Below, in pieces: positions 6,988-17,214 of a stretch of DNA of 39,362 nucleotides (position 1 is the first letter of the stretch; every line of letters starts with the position of its first letter). This DNA is from a virus (lineage: Duplodnaviria; Caudoviricetes), in IMG/VR virus record IMGVR_UViG_3300037851_000044, positions 1-39,362 of that record; one strand, given 5' to 3'. The notes below the pieces were generated by a model. That model was not told the DNA's origin and made no database searches. It was given only the letters and a program-made list of their open reading frames with translations. A program made the position numbers and the translations under genes.

Positions 6988-7289
6988 TTACCGTTCCTGC
7001 GGTTCCAGTCTTCTACGTGCTTTTCAAGTAGCGTTTCTATGCGGTTGAATCGCTGTTCGATGATTTCGCGCTCGCGCCGCCAGTCCGCTCCGCGGAAGCG
7101 GTCATCGCCAGCGTTGCGCATTTGCCCTTCCATCTGCGCTACCTGAACCTTGAGCGCGGTCACGTCGTCACGGATCGCGAGCAGCGTCGATCCAGCCCAC
7201 AGCAACAAGGCGAGCAGGATCGCGACGACGATCGTCTGCGCGTGCCGCTCGATGATTGGGCCGCGCTCAGACTGGTCATCTATGGGCAT
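6984..7289 (-). CDS. Single-TM lysis-associated membrane protein
   Basis: TM segment IVVAILLALLLWAG followed by a coiled coil; coupled to the endolysin start. Confidence 0.6.
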   Translation of the reverse strand: MPIDDQSERGPIIERHAQTIVVAILLALLLWAGSTLLAIRDDVTALKVQVAQMEGQMRNAGDDRFRGADWRREREIIEQRFNRIETLLEKHVEDWNRRNGK

Positions 7290-7302
7290 TGAACAAATTC
7301 CT

Positions 7303-7746
7303 TCATGGGCTTCCGCCGTTGTCGGTAATGATCTGGCGCATATATGCAATCTGCGCTTCGAAACCAATCATACGGTCGCGCGCTTCGCTAATGGTCGTCA
7401 ATCCTAGTTCACGTTCACGCAGGACGCGCAATTGCTTTGTTTCGATCGCGGCGATTGTGGCCCTCGCGGCGAATATGGCATTGAATCTGTACCGCGCAGC
7501 TTCTTCGGCGTCGATTTCAGCCTTATCGCGCGCGATCGGCCTTCCCGTCGCCAGGTCAAGCTTCGAATCAGCCGGGTTAATTTCACCTTCGAACGCGATG
7601 CATCCTGACGGCGTGTTTTGCGCTACATAAGCACGGCGCCCGCGGAAACGCGAAACGACGGCGCCGGTTGCCGCCGAACAGAACGTAAAAACCGTTTCGG
7701 CGTCGTCATCCGGCGCCGGGAAGCTAATAGTCAGCTTGTCCGTCAT
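7303..7746 (-). CDS. Putative tail fibre assembly/accessory protein
   Basis: Directly after the tail tip gene with ATGA overlap. Confidence 0.55.
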   Translation of the reverse strand: MTDKLTISFPAPDDDAETVFTFCSAATGAVVSRFRGRRAYVAQNTPSGCIAFEGEINPADSKLDLATGRPIARDKAEIDAEEAARYRFNAIFAARATIAAIETKQLRVLRERELGLTTISEARDRMIGFEAQIAYMRQIITDNGGSP

Positions 7747-10199
7747 TTGCGGATTCCCTGTAGAGAAAGGCTACAGTTCTGCCAGCTAACGGTCGCACTC
7801 CACGTCCCGCCGCCGTCGCCGATCGAATATCCGCCGCCGAGCAAGCTAGCCGCTACAGTTTGTCCGCTTGGAACCGATACGGTAATCAGTCCGCCGGCGG
7901 CAAACCAAACCGAATTCGTCCCATTCGAAGAATACGGCGGATTCGTCACGGACGTCCCGTTGACGGTTATCGGGACGCTGATGGTTGTCACGGCAAACGT
8001 ATTTTGCGTCACGTCCACTTGAAAGCCGACTTGCACGTCGATAGTCGCCGCGGTGTTATTCGTCAGCGACGCCGTTCCGATCGTGACTTCCCATCCATAA
8101 GGAGCGGGCGTCGGAGACGGTATTGCCCCGGTATTTGCTGAACTAGTGCTAGTGGGGAATACCGAAACGACGTCCGTCACACTTCCGCGCGGCAGTTGCC
8201 CGCCGTCGACCGTTGGCGCGTTGTAGTCGACCCAGGGGGTTTGCTGCGCTTCCGTCAGTCCAGATCGCGTGCCATGACAGAACAGCCCCACCTGGTGCCA
8301 GAAAATGTAAGGATCAACGCCGGTACCGTTTCCGGTAAGTCCACAAATCAAGGTCACATATGCGGCGTCGTATGCGGTACCGTTTGACCATACGCCGCCG
8401 CCGTCTGCGGTTACTGGCGCCTTGCCGAACCGCCATAGGCGCGGTCGATCTTCCAGCGTGTCGTATTGACCTAGGAATCCGGTTCCGCCGGGTACGTCCA
8501 CAATGTCCGCGCCCGACATAGCGTCAGAAAACGCCGTTTTCGCAGAGTTGTGGAAACGCAGAAAGAAAAATGCTTGGCTACGATGAATGGACGCCAGAAC
8601 CGAAGCTTCGTAGTAAAGCCCAGGCTGAACGGGAATATATGGCCCGTGAATGTAGCCGCCTTGATTTGTTCCGACGGCATTCGTTCCGTTCGCGCAATGC
8701 GTCCAGCAGCCCCCGCGCCCGAGGTTCCATATAACGCCGCTGCCATAGTTCCGGCCCCACCCCAGCGTCGGCGGCGATCCGAATCCGTATCCGGTCCAGA
8801 ACCTTATTGACCTTGCGTCCGCGTATTCGTATGCCCCCCACCCCAGGTCATCGGTAAAATCCGCGTTCTGCTGCATATTGACGACGGGCGGCGCGGGCGG
8901 CGAAATCAGGTCCGTATCTGCATAGGTAGGCCCGGCAGCCAGCGAATCCGAATACGCCGCCGGATCGTATTCGTCGCCCGTCAGGCGCCACAGTCCCGGC
9001 CCCGCGTATTCGGGCGCCAGAATGCGGAACTTCTTCGACGATAGTCCGATCGGGTGCGTAACTTCGATGACGTCACCTTCCTGATGCTTGATACCGGCGT
9101 CGAACACTTCCAGCACTATCCGCAGATCCGACGTCCGAAGCTTGTTCAGCCGTTCCGTAGCTTCGCGCGTTGCCTGCGAATGGCGGCGAATCCCAGGCAT
9201 GGGGACCTGGGACACGCGGCGCGGAACCGTTCCGCCAGCCACGCCGCCAGCTTCGACTGACGCGATCGCATCGCGCCAGGGAAAAACGGAAGTGTTCGTG
9301 TAGACGACTTCCACGACCGTCGGGACGTTGCCTGTTTCCTTCTTCGTAAGCGAAACGATTCGCGAAATGTTTCCCGATGCGTGCGAATAGGTCGCGTCCG
9401 TCGATCGCGTCGTGTCTCCGACTAGTTCGATGATTCCGCTTGACGACGTCGTCAAGAAACATCCGGCATAAGCGCGCAGGGTTTCGACGATATCTTCTAG
9501 GCTTTGCTGCGTGGCGAACGTGACGCCGACAATTCTTCGCTTTTCGGTGCCGCTAACAAGCGCATCGTTCAGGTCCGCGACCGTGTTCACAGTCGACGCG
9601 ACCACGTTTTTGCCGCATCCGTAGGTCGTATTCGTCAGGAAATCGCGCAGGCAAAGCGCCGGATTGTCGGACCATGCCGTCGTCGACGTCCGCGTGTCCA
9701 GAACCTTGCGCCCCTTGATCCGCGCCGACAGGTTCAGGTCGCCCGTAAATTTCGAAATCGGGATCTTGACGACCGAATACATATATCCGGCCAGCGTTTC
9801 CGAATACGAATACCCGTTCGCCGACATTGCAGTTTGCAGCGCACTATCCGCGGTGCTTTGCGAGCCGTCGTAATTGGTATACGCCGAACCTGGCGGAAGG
9901 TCGCGACCGCTTAACTTGATATCGTTAACCGAATCGCCCTGATGCGCCCAAAGACATTGCACATAGACAATCCCCTGATAGTGCGTAACGTTCAGGATCA
10001 GCGCGCCGACGCGATCTTCGCCGTAGACGACTGGAATCGGCGCCTGATCTGCAGCTTTCGCCAGTTGCCGCCGTTCCGCTGGTTCTGCAGTGTTCCGCAG
10101 TACGCGGGCGCGTACCATCGCAAGCCACTGTTCTGTCGTTCGCGATTGCGTTACGGGGACTGACCAGCGCGGCGAAAGAATGTCGGGGGCGGTAGTCAT
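7743..10199 (-). CDS. Tail tip / central fibre protein (gpJ-like)
   Basis: PIPVVYGE, IKGRKV.D.R...AWSDNPALCL.DFL....YG motifs; beta-rich C-terminus. Confidence 0.85.
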   Translation of the reverse strand: MTTAPDILSPRWSVPVTQSRTTEQWLAMVRARVLRNTAEPAERRQLAKAADQAPIPVVYGEDRVGALILNVTHYQGIVYVQCLWAHQGDSVNDIKLSGRDLPPGSAYTNYDGSQSTADSALQTAMSANGYSYSETLAGYMYSVVKIPISKFTGDLNLSARIKGRKVLDTRTSTTAWSDNPALCLRDFLTNTTYGCGKNVVASTVNTVADLNDALVSGTEKRRIVGVTFATQQSLEDIVETLRAYAGCFLTTSSSGIIELVGDTTRSTDATYSHASGNISRIVSLTKKETGNVPTVVEVVYTNTSVFPWRDAIASVEAGGVAGGTVPRRVSQVPMPGIRRHSQATREATERLNKLRTSDLRIVLEVFDAGIKHQEGDVIEVTHPIGLSSKKFRILAPEYAGPGLWRLTGDEYDPAAYSDSLAAGPTYADTDLISPPAPPVVNMQQNADFTDDLGWGAYEYADARSIRFWTGYGFGSPPTLGWGRNYGSGVIWNLGRGGCWTHCANGTNAVGTNQGGYIHGPYIPVQPGLYYEASVLASIHRSQAFFFLRFHNSAKTAFSDAMSGADIVDVPGGTGFLGQYDTLEDRPRLWRFGKAPVTADGGGVWSNGTAYDAAYVTLICGLTGNGTGVDPYIFWHQVGLFCHGTRSGLTEAQQTPWVDYNAPTVDGGQLPRGSVTDVVSVFPTSTSSANTGAIPSPTPAPYGWEVTIGTASLTNNTAATIDVQVGFQVDVTQNTFAVTTISVPITVNGTSVTNPPYSSNGTNSVWFAAGGLITVSVPSGQTVAASLLGGGYSIGDGGGTWSATVSWQNCSLSLQGIRK

Positions 10200-10711
10200 C
10201 GCGAAATTTCGTAATCGACGCCGTTAATTCGAATCACCTTACCCGTCGGAAGGTAGGTGTAAAACCCGAAAGCCGGACTTACCGTCGCGCGCGGTCCCGT
10301 CTGATATTGCGCCCAATCCCGAATATTGACCCGGCATCGGTCGAGCGCGATTTCGCATCCGGCGCCGATGCCGTCGCACAACAGGATCGGGTCCGATGCG
10401 CCTGGGGACGTAATGCTCCCATCCGATCCCCAAATCTGTATACGCTTATCGGCGAACAGTCCGCCGATTGCTTTGCCGCCGATGTAATCGTCGGCGTTGC
10501 CAAAATCGATGTATCCATCGATCCGCAGCGGCGCGACCCTTATCGACGAAACATCGAAATCGATCTGCGTCCACGAATTCCCGTTCCAGGTTGTCGTCGC
10601 ATAGGAACAGTACCGTTCCGTACCGGCCCCAAAGTCGACTTGCAAAAACCATGCGGGACGCTGGACGACGGCGGAAAATGCCGTGTTAAGTGCAGTCGAT
10701 AGCGACTTCAC
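10196..10711 (-). CDS. Minor tail / hub protein
   Basis: Position between distal tail and tip genes. Confidence 0.65.
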   Translation of the reverse strand: MKSLSTALNTAFSAVVQRPAWFLQVDFGAGTERYCSYATTTWNGNSWTQIDFDVSSIRVAPLRIDGYIDFGNADDYIGGKAIGGLFADKRIQIWGSDGSITSPGASDPILLCDGIGAGCEIALDRCRVNIRDWAQYQTGPRATVSPAFGFYTYLPTGKVIRINGVDYEISR

Positions 10712-10714
10712 TTA

Positions 10715-11035
10715 TCAAACTTCCGCGGCGGATACGTTGACCATATACAGATTTCCGGGCATCCATTGACGCTGCGGCGGTCGCAGAAAAACGCAGGTCG
10801 ACGTGCCGCCGTCAAAAGCCAGCGTAAACGACGTCCCCTTGTTCGACCCGTAGAAAGTGTTAAGCGTCGACCATTCCGACGACTTGAGACGGTGAACAAG
10901 GTTGAATTGACGCTTATCACCCGCGTACGGAATCCGCACCTTTACGGACCCGTTAGACGCGCGCACGACGATCCGCCCGTCCAAATCTTCCGTCGTCGAA
11001 TCGCGATGAAACGTCGTTAGCGGATAGGCTGCCAT
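10715..11035 (-). CDS. Distal tail protein (gpM-like)
   Basis: 106 aa directly after the tape measure; size and position as for lambda M. Confidence 0.65.
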   Translation of the reverse strand: MAAYPLTTFHRDSTTEDLDGRIVVRASNGSVKVRIPYAGDKRQFNLVHRLKSSEWSTLNTFYGSNKGTSFTLAFDGGTSTCVFLRPPQRQWMPGNLYMVNVSAAEV

Positions 11036-11046
11036 TCCTTACCCCG

Positions 11047-14000
11047 TCAATTGTCGTTCGTGCGCCATAGCCCGACTTCCGACGATCCGCCGCCCGCGAC
11101 GGTGACTTCGAGCCGTTGCCCGCGGATCGCTTCGACGATCGCGGCCCCGCTGGCGACGACTGCGCTTTCGATCGACCCAAGCAATGCGTTTGTCTGATCC
11201 TGCGTCGACACCATGACTTCGACGGAATCCTGCAATCCTGGCGCCCCGGCGGTGAAGTCGCGCAGGCTCATTCCCGACAGGGTCAGCAGATCCGACCCGG
11301 CTGCGAACGACCCGGCGGCGTTCATAAGCGCGGCGAATTGACTTTGCCCCTGCGGCGTCGAAATGTCGATCGAACTAACAAGGTTCCGGTACGCTTCGCG
11401 GCCCGTCAGCGCGCCGGTATCCAGTCCAGCCGCTTGCAGGATTTTCTGCGCTTCGACCAGGGACAGCGCGCCGCGTTCTTCGTCCGAATAGAATTCCCGG
11501 TAATAGGCGGACACCTTGCTAGCGAATGCGTCCAGTCCGCCCGTAAGGTCGGCCAGTGCGATTCGCGCGTCGACAGAAAGGTTCGTCAGTTCGGCGAACG
11601 GCCCGCCCAACATATCGAAAGCGTTCGCCATATCTTCGGCGGCGGCGGCGGTCGCGATCATCCGGTCCAGTGTTTCGCGATCGACCAGCGACGCCGAAAC
11701 CGTATTGAAGTAGGCTTTTATCTGCTTCGGTAGGTCGGCATCCTGCAATCCGGCCATGATCAGACCGGGGACCATTTGGCCTAGCAACGTATTTCGATCG
11801 GCGTTGCCCGCGTTCTGATTGAAGCTATACAGCGTCCCGCCGCCCGCGCCGATGACGTTCCCGACGACCTGGGCGCCGCGCCCGTCGGGCGAAGTGCTGG
11901 TGAACATCCCGTAAGACGTCCGCGCGTTCGCTGCGCCGCCCAGGGCCGTCGCCGTCATCCGTACGGCTGAAACGATCGCGTCGATTTGCGCGGCGTAATG
12001 CCCGCCGCCCCACGTCCCGCCGCCCGGATTATTGATCGCCCCGGCGAACATATTCGACAGCGGACCGGACGTCGCCCATTCCTGATAGGCGGGACCGCGG
12101 GCGCGACCGGTGCCGACGCCCGAAATCACCCTATACAAACCGTATGCGATCGCCAGATATGGAATTGCCGCGCCGATCGCCATTCCGGCGCTTGCCGCAG
12201 CGCCGCCGGCGCCGCCCATCGTCGACAGCGCGCCCGACGCCGCGAACCCGCTGGAAATCGCGCTTCCGCCGGCCCAGGACGACAGCGTCGCGAGCGCCCC
12301 TTCGCCGAGCGCAGTCCCGAAACCGCCGATGATCCCGCCCATGATGCCGGTAGACGCGCCGCCGCCGCTGCTGAATGCCGAACCCAATCCGCCTAGGATC
12401 GATCCGAACGCCGACCCGCCGCCGCCCGCCGTGCCGCCGCCCGCCGCGCTGGCAATCGACGACAGTCCGGCGCCCATCGCCGCAATAAGTGCCTGCGCGA
12501 TGCCGCGGGCGACGACCGACCGGAAATAGTTGACGATCCAGTCGCCGACCGACTGCGCGATCGACTTCCCGCCTTCGAACCCGGCGACCATTGCGTCCGT
12601 CAATGCCTGTTCGATATCGCGCGCGACGTTCGTCCACGCATCCCGCGAAGCTTCGGCGGCGTCGACCGACGCCTGGCGCCCGGCGCCGGTCCGCATGGAT
12701 GCAATCAATTCTTCCTGCGCCGCCGCCTGCGCTTCGAACAACTGCCGTTCCGCTTCGGATAGCTCGAGCGTCGCCAGTTTCGCCTTGATCTTTTCTAGCG
12801 TGACTTCGGCCAGCGTGATTTTGTAGCCGCGCTGCTGCGCTTCGGTGGCGCCGATAACGGCGTTTTCTTCTTTCTGCGCCTGGACTGCTTCGCGGATCGT
12901 TTGCAGTTGCTTGACTTCGGTCGCGAACGATTCCGCGTCGAGCTTGCGGATTTCTTCCTGCGTCGCCTGATACAGCGTGGCGGCGTCGACCGACCGCAAT
13001 CGCGCGAATGCTTCGGCTGTTTCTGCCTGGGATAGCTTGACCTTACCGGCGGCGATCGCTTCGCCGAGCTTGAGCATGGTCCGTTGCGCTTCCGACAATT
13101 TGCCGGTTGCAGACGAATTCATTTCAAGCGCGGAAATTTCCTTTAGCACTTCTTCCCGGACCCGCGCCTGCGAATCTGCCAGTCGCGACGCTTCTTCCGC
13201 CGCCTTTTTCTGCGCCGCGATGCGTTCGCGGATTTCCGCCGCATTGGGCGCGTTCCCGGCGCCGGTTTCGGAATAACGCAATGCGCGCGAACCGGCCATG
13301 AATCGCGCCATGCCGGCGTCAGCTAACGCGCGTTGCGTCCGTTCCAGTTCTGCATTGACCCCCTCGAGGGCTATTTGCAGGTTGCCGATAAGTTCCGGCT
13401 GATCCGTGTTTGCAAGCTTCGCCGTCAGTTCGTCGACCTGGCGATTCAGGCGGACGATTCTTTCTTCGGGCGTTTCTTCGCCGTAGTCTGACCCCTTGAA
13501 CCATCCGGCGACGGTCCCCGTCACTTGGAATTTCAGCTTTTCCCACGACGCGGACAGGCGATCGATATTCGCCGCCATCTTCGTCGCGTTCTGGATCTGT
13601 TCTTCGGACGCGCCGCCGAACTTTTCCAGCCCTTCGCGGCCTTCGCTTAGGAACGTGACGAACTTTGAATTCGCCTTGCCGAATAGTTCCGTCGCGAGCG
13701 TCGACTTATTGACGCCGCCAGCGTAAACCGACATTCGGTCGGCGACGTCGCCCAAGATATCGTCCATCCCGCGGACGTTGCCGCCCGCGTCGCGGATCGC
13801 GACCCCCATTTCGCGGAAGATCGCGGCCATTTCGGCGTTACCGCCGACCGCTTCGGAAACGGACTTATTTAGCTTCGTAAGCCCCGACGACAGTTGATCC
13901 TGTCCAACGCCCGCCGCCTGCGCCGACAATTGGAACGACGAAAGCTTCGTCGCGGCGATTCCTAGTCCCTGCGCCAGTTCGTCCAGGTTGTCGAGCGCCT

Positions 14001-14181
14001 CGAGGCTTTGCTTTCCGAGGTTCGCCAGCCAAGTTACCGAACCGCCGATCGCCAGGGCGCCGGACAGTTTCGAAAACGACGACTGTAGCCCGGTCAGGTT
14101 CCCGGTGATTCGGTTGATCGCTGCGGTTGCCTGATCTACCGCGGTGATTACGACACTAGCTTCGCCGACTTTTGCCGCCAT
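11047..14181 (-). CDS. Tail tape measure protein
   Basis: 1044 aa, Ala-rich and helical, VITAVDQATAA start, follows tail chaperones. Confidence 0.92.
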   Translation of the reverse strand: MAAKVGEASVVITAVDQATAAINRITGNLTGLQSSFSKLSGALAIGGSVTWLANLGKQSLEALDNLDELAQGLGIAATKLSSFQLSAQAAGVGQDQLSSGLTKLNKSVSEAVGGNAEMAAIFREMGVAIRDAGGNVRGMDDILGDVADRMSVYAGGVNKSTLATELFGKANSKFVTFLSEGREGLEKFGGASEEQIQNATKMAANIDRLSASWEKLKFQVTGTVAGWFKGSDYGEETPEERIVRLNRQVDELTAKLANTDQPELIGNLQIALEGVNAELERTQRALADAGMARFMAGSRALRYSETGAGNAPNAAEIRERIAAQKKAAEEASRLADSQARVREEVLKEISALEMNSSATGKLSEAQRTMLKLGEAIAAGKVKLSQAETAEAFARLRSVDAATLYQATQEEIRKLDAESFATEVKQLQTIREAVQAQKEENAVIGATEAQQRGYKITLAEVTLEKIKAKLATLELSEAERQLFEAQAAAQEELIASMRTGAGRQASVDAAEASRDAWTNVARDIEQALTDAMVAGFEGGKSIAQSVGDWIVNYFRSVVARGIAQALIAAMGAGLSSIASAAGGGTAGGGGSAFGSILGGLGSAFSSGGGASTGIMGGIIGGFGTALGEGALATLSSWAGGSAISSGFAASGALSTMGGAGGAAASAGMAIGAAIPYLAIAYGLYRVISGVGTGRARGPAYQEWATSGPLSNMFAGAINNPGGGTWGGGHYAAQIDAIVSAVRMTATALGGAANARTSYGMFTSTSPDGRGAQVVGNVIGAGGGTLYSFNQNAGNADRNTLLGQMVPGLIMAGLQDADLPKQIKAYFNTVSASLVDRETLDRMIATAAAAEDMANAFDMLGGPFAELTNLSVDARIALADLTGGLDAFASKVSAYYREFYSDEERGALSLVEAQKILQAAGLDTGALTGREAYRNLVSSIDISTPQGQSQFAALMNAAGSFAAGSDLLTLSGMSLRDFTAGAPGLQDSVEVMVSTQDQTNALLGSIESAVVASGAAIVEAIRGQRLEVTVAGGGSSEVGLWRTNDN

Positions 14182-14183
14182 GC

Positions 14184-14495
14184 TTACCGTTCCCGCCGTT
14201 CTGCGAAGTATCGCAACGCTTCCGATTCCATGACCCGAACCCCGTCAAAGACGGAAAGACGGTCCCCTTCGGGGACGTCTATCAGTCGCATGACCGTTTC
14301 GATTGCCTCATACCTTAGACCGACCGGACCGCCGAATCCGACGGTCCATTGTGTAGTCGAACGATAGAACACGACGACCGCTAGCCAGTTTTCGGGCCAA
14401 ACCTCGAATACTTCTTCTTCCAGTTCGACGTCGATTCCGAACGCCGCGGCGCTTTCGGCGACGTTGCGAACGTCAACGCCGCCGCCGATGATCAT
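14184..14495 (-). CDS. Tail assembly chaperone, gpT-like part (DUF1799-like)
   Basis: EVWPENW.AV..F....TQW...GG..GLRYEA...VRVME.EAL motif. Confidence 0.8.
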   Translation of the reverse strand: MIIGGGVDVRNVAESAAAFGIDVELEEEVFEVWPENWLAVVVFYRSTTQWTVGFGGPVGLRYEAIETVMRLIDVPEGDRLSVFDGVRVMESEALRYFAERRER

Positions 14496-14509
14496 CCGCG
14501 CCGCGGCGG

Positions 14510-14845
14510 CTAGTTTTTTGTCCTACCCGCGGACAGTTCCCGAATGTAGGACTGGAAAATTTGCAGCGACGCGCCGGGGTAGGACTCGAGCAACGCGCCG
14601 AACGCTTCCGGCGAAAACTTGACCGCTTTCCCGTCGGCGTCGACGACTTCTTCCCACCCTTCGACCGCCGATAGCAGAAATTCCGCGTCCTGCCCTTCCA
14701 TCGCTTTCGCCCGCTCGCCCCAGGCGCGCAAATCCGTTTGCGTCATATGTCGACCGACGAGCACGAACCGCGCCGGGTCGACGGCGCCAGGGATAGCGAC
14801 TTCGACCCGGAACTTGAACGACGGATTTGGATGCAGCTTGATCAT
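14510..14845 (-). CDS. Tail assembly chaperone (gpG-like)
   Basis: Follows the tail tube gene; ends in slippery A AAA AAC then TAG. Confidence 0.8.
   Translation of the reverse strand: MIKLHPNPSFKFRVEVAIPGAVDPARFVLVGRHMTQTDLRAWGERAKAMEGQDAEFLLSAVEGWEEVVDADGKAVKFSPEAFGALLESYPGASLQIFQSYIRELSAGRTKN
14513..14519 (-). promoter_or_regulatory. Predicted -1 ribosomal frameshift site AAAAAAC
   Basis: The -1 frame reads KLAAAARMIIGG, in frame with 14184-14495. Confidence 0.75.
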
Positions 14846-14874
14846 GGTTCCCCCGATAGGTGATTGACGAACGA

Positions 14875-15843
14875 TTAACCGAACGCGATCCGGAGTTCGT
14901 CGTTTCCGGTCGACGGAAGGATGCGCCCGTCGAATGACACCAGGCGCCGGCCCGACACTTCCGTCTTACCCCAATTCGTAAGTTGAACCTGAGGCGCGTA
15001 AACCATGACGCGGTAGCCGGTCGCCGTGCCGTGAATGAACCCGGCGGATTGCAGCGTCGCCGCCTTGACGTACGTCCCGAAGGTCGATTCCTGCGCCGCC
15101 GTCATATCCAGCGAAAACCGCGCGACGGGCGTCCGGTCGGTGATGTCGATCGATTCGCCGCCGAGTAGCGGCGTATGGGTAACGGCATTGGCATAGTCGA
15201 TATCCCATCCCTGCGACGGATAGGTCGTCCCGGACGTGATCGCCAGCGCGCCCGTCGTCGACGCCGTGCCGTTGAACGTCAGGTCGCCCGTATTCGTGTC
15301 GGTGACGACTAGCGGCGTTTTGAATGCCGTGTAAGTGACGTTCGTCGGCGTGCCGGTCGGGGCGCCGCCATCGATCCCGAGCATCCGGAAGGAAAATACC
15401 GGCTTTACGCCAATCGTCGCTTTCAGTTGCAGCGTTCCGCGGCATCCGATCGCCCTGTGCAGCAGGCCGTCGTCGTAGTAATAGATCGTCACCGAATCCG
15501 TTCCGGGCGTCGACGGCAGATAGTCGACGCGCGTCCCGGACGACGTCGTTACGGCGAACCCGCAAGCCTTTAGCAGCGGGTCGAACGCGGGCAGTCCGCC
15601 AGCCGTACCGTTGCCGACCATTTCCACGTCGAACGAACATTCGACGTAGGACGTCCCTAGCAACTGTTCGGACCCGCCGAAATAGGACCGGATCAACGCC
15701 CGGTCGACGTTCCCGGCGTTCAGTGGGTTAACCGAAATGTTCGAAACCAGCATGGCATTTGCCGTGCCGGTCGGCGCCGAATCGGTGCCGTAAGTCGTTT
15801 CAATCTTCGCCAGGATTGTGGCGTTGCGTGCATAGCGAGCCAT
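14875..15843 (-). CDS. Major tail tube protein
   Basis: ILAKIETTYGTD start, LLKACGF, SVTIYYY.DG..H...GCRG; position in the tail operon. Confidence 0.85.
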   Translation of the reverse strand: MARYARNATILAKIETTYGTDSAPTGTANAMLVSNISVNPLNAGNVDRALIRSYFGGSEQLLGTSYVECSFDVEMVGNGTAGGLPAFDPLLKACGFAVTTSSGTRVDYLPSTPGTDSVTIYYYDDGLLHRAIGCRGTLQLKATIGVKPVFSFRMLGIDGGAPTGTPTNVTYTAFKTPLVVTDTNTGDLTFNGTASTTGALAITSGTTYPSQGWDIDYANAVTHTPLLGGESIDITDRTPVARFSLDMTAAQESTFGTYVKAATLQSAGFIHGTATGYRVMVYAPQVQLTNWGKTEVSGRRLVSFDGRILPSTGNDELRIAFG

Positions 15844-15870
15844 AAAAAGCCCCTCCGTCAGTTGCCCGCG

Positions 15871-16314
15871 CTAGAACGCGGAAAGAAGTGTCGACCCCGT
15901 TCGGTGAACGACGTCGAGGCGGAACACTGCGCCGACGATGTTCAAATCTGCTTCGGAATAGTCCCAATCGATCGTCGTCGCCTGAACGACGTCCATCACG
16001 CCGTCCGGCGGCGTCATCCCGGCAACGCGCGAAAAGACGTCGCCGATAAGCGGGTCGACGGCAGCATCGGCTGCGACCGTGTCCGGCGTATAGCGAACGC
16101 GGATTTCGATTTCGTACGAACTTCGCCAGTCGATCGGCCCGTTTTGAATCCCGGCGACTTCGGCGACGGTCGTCATCGGGCGGACCCATACCATCGTGTC
16201 CGTGCCTTCGGGCATCGGCCAGGCGTGACCCCTGTAAACCCGCCCGCCCGCGACCGCGGGCGCCTGCGCCAGTGCGGCGACCAGCGCGGCGGAAATGTCG
16301 GCGAAAACCGTCAT
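15871..16314 (-). CDS. Tail terminator / completion protein
   Basis: Size and position upstream of the tail tube gene. Confidence 0.6.
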   Translation of the reverse strand: MTVFADISAALVAALAQAPAVAGGRVYRGHAWPMPEGTDTMVWVRPMTTVAEVAGIQNGPIDWRSSYEIEIRVRYTPDTVAADAAVDPLIGDVFSRVAGMTPPDGVMDVVQATTIDWDYSEADLNIVGAVFRLDVVHRTGSTLLSAF

Positions 16315-16580
16315 GGACGACTTACCCTAATAGTTACGATGCCGGTTCCGTCGGGTTCGACGGACCTGACCGTGTACGAAACGCCGCGGATCGTCGCGAC
16401 CTGGCCCGCCGCTGCCGACGGGTAGTCGGACGCGATCGCCGTCACGACGACCGCGCTTGTCAGAACGCGATTGAATTCGTCGACCGCCATATCGACGATT
16501 GCGGGCGCCGTCGACGTTCCGACGGCGACCGTTTCGCCGAAGTCCGCGAAATACCCTGCCAGTTGTTCGACGAATGCCAT
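16311..16580 (-). CDS. Head-tail joining protein (FII-like)
   Basis: FADFGE...TIRGVSYTVRSVEPDGTG motif. Confidence 0.7.
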   Translation of the reverse strand: MAFVEQLAGYFADFGETVAVGTSTAPAIVDMAVDEFNRVLTSAVVVTAIASDYPSAAAGQVATIRGVSYTVRSVEPDGTGIVTIRVSRP

Positions 16581-16590
16581 TCGCTTTCCG

Positions 16591-17214
16591 TTAAGCGTTG
16601 ACCTGTTCGTACGTCATGCTCGGACAGCACATAACGAACCCGGTCCCGGCGAAGTCGACGACGACGCCGTGCGTTTCCGACAGTCCCTTGCGGATGAATT
16701 CCATCGACCGCTTTACGCCTTGCAGTCCAGGAAAGTCCGCGGGCAAGTCCCCTGCCGCATACGGCCCCGGCTGATACACGCGGGCGTCGTCCATTATCAG
16801 AACGTCGCGCGAAACATCGTCGCGCGCGGCCAGGATGGCCTGCAATTCCCGCTCGAGCGGCAAGCGCCGTCCGACGTCTTTTTCGTCGTCGTACTTCGCT
16901 AGTCCGTAGTCCGCCCCGGCGAAGTGCGCGTCGAGCCAAAAGAAAATACCATCGCCCGGCGGGATCGCCGCCAGAATTTCTGGCAGAACTTCGGCGCTTT
17001 CGCCGCGGTGTACGCGGATGCGCTTGTCAGCGGCAAACCGCGCCGCCGCCGAGCTTGCCAATACTGGAACGATTTCGATCGAATGCAGCGTTTCGAATGG
17101 CGCCATCGCGGCAAGTGCCAGCGAATCGCCGGTCCCGGTTCCGGTTTCGACGAAATGTTTAAGTCCGTATCGCTCGATGATTCCTGGCAAATTGAAGTGT
17201 GCAAGTGTTCCCAT
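16591..17214 (-). CDS. Class I SAM-dependent methyltransferase-like protein
   Basis: FVETGTGTGDS, HSIEI, GES...L, FWLDAH, LIMDD motifs. Confidence 0.7.
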   Translation of the reverse strand: MGTLAHFNLPGIIERYGLKHFVETGTGTGDSLALAAMAPFETLHSIEIVPVLASSAAARFAADKRIRVHRGESAEVLPEILAAIPPGDGIFFWLDAHFAGADYGLAKYDDEKDVGRRLPLERELQAILAARDDVSRDVLIMDDARVYQPGPYAAGDLPADFPGLQGVKRSMEFIRKGLSETHGVVVDFAGTGFVMCCPSMTYEQVNA

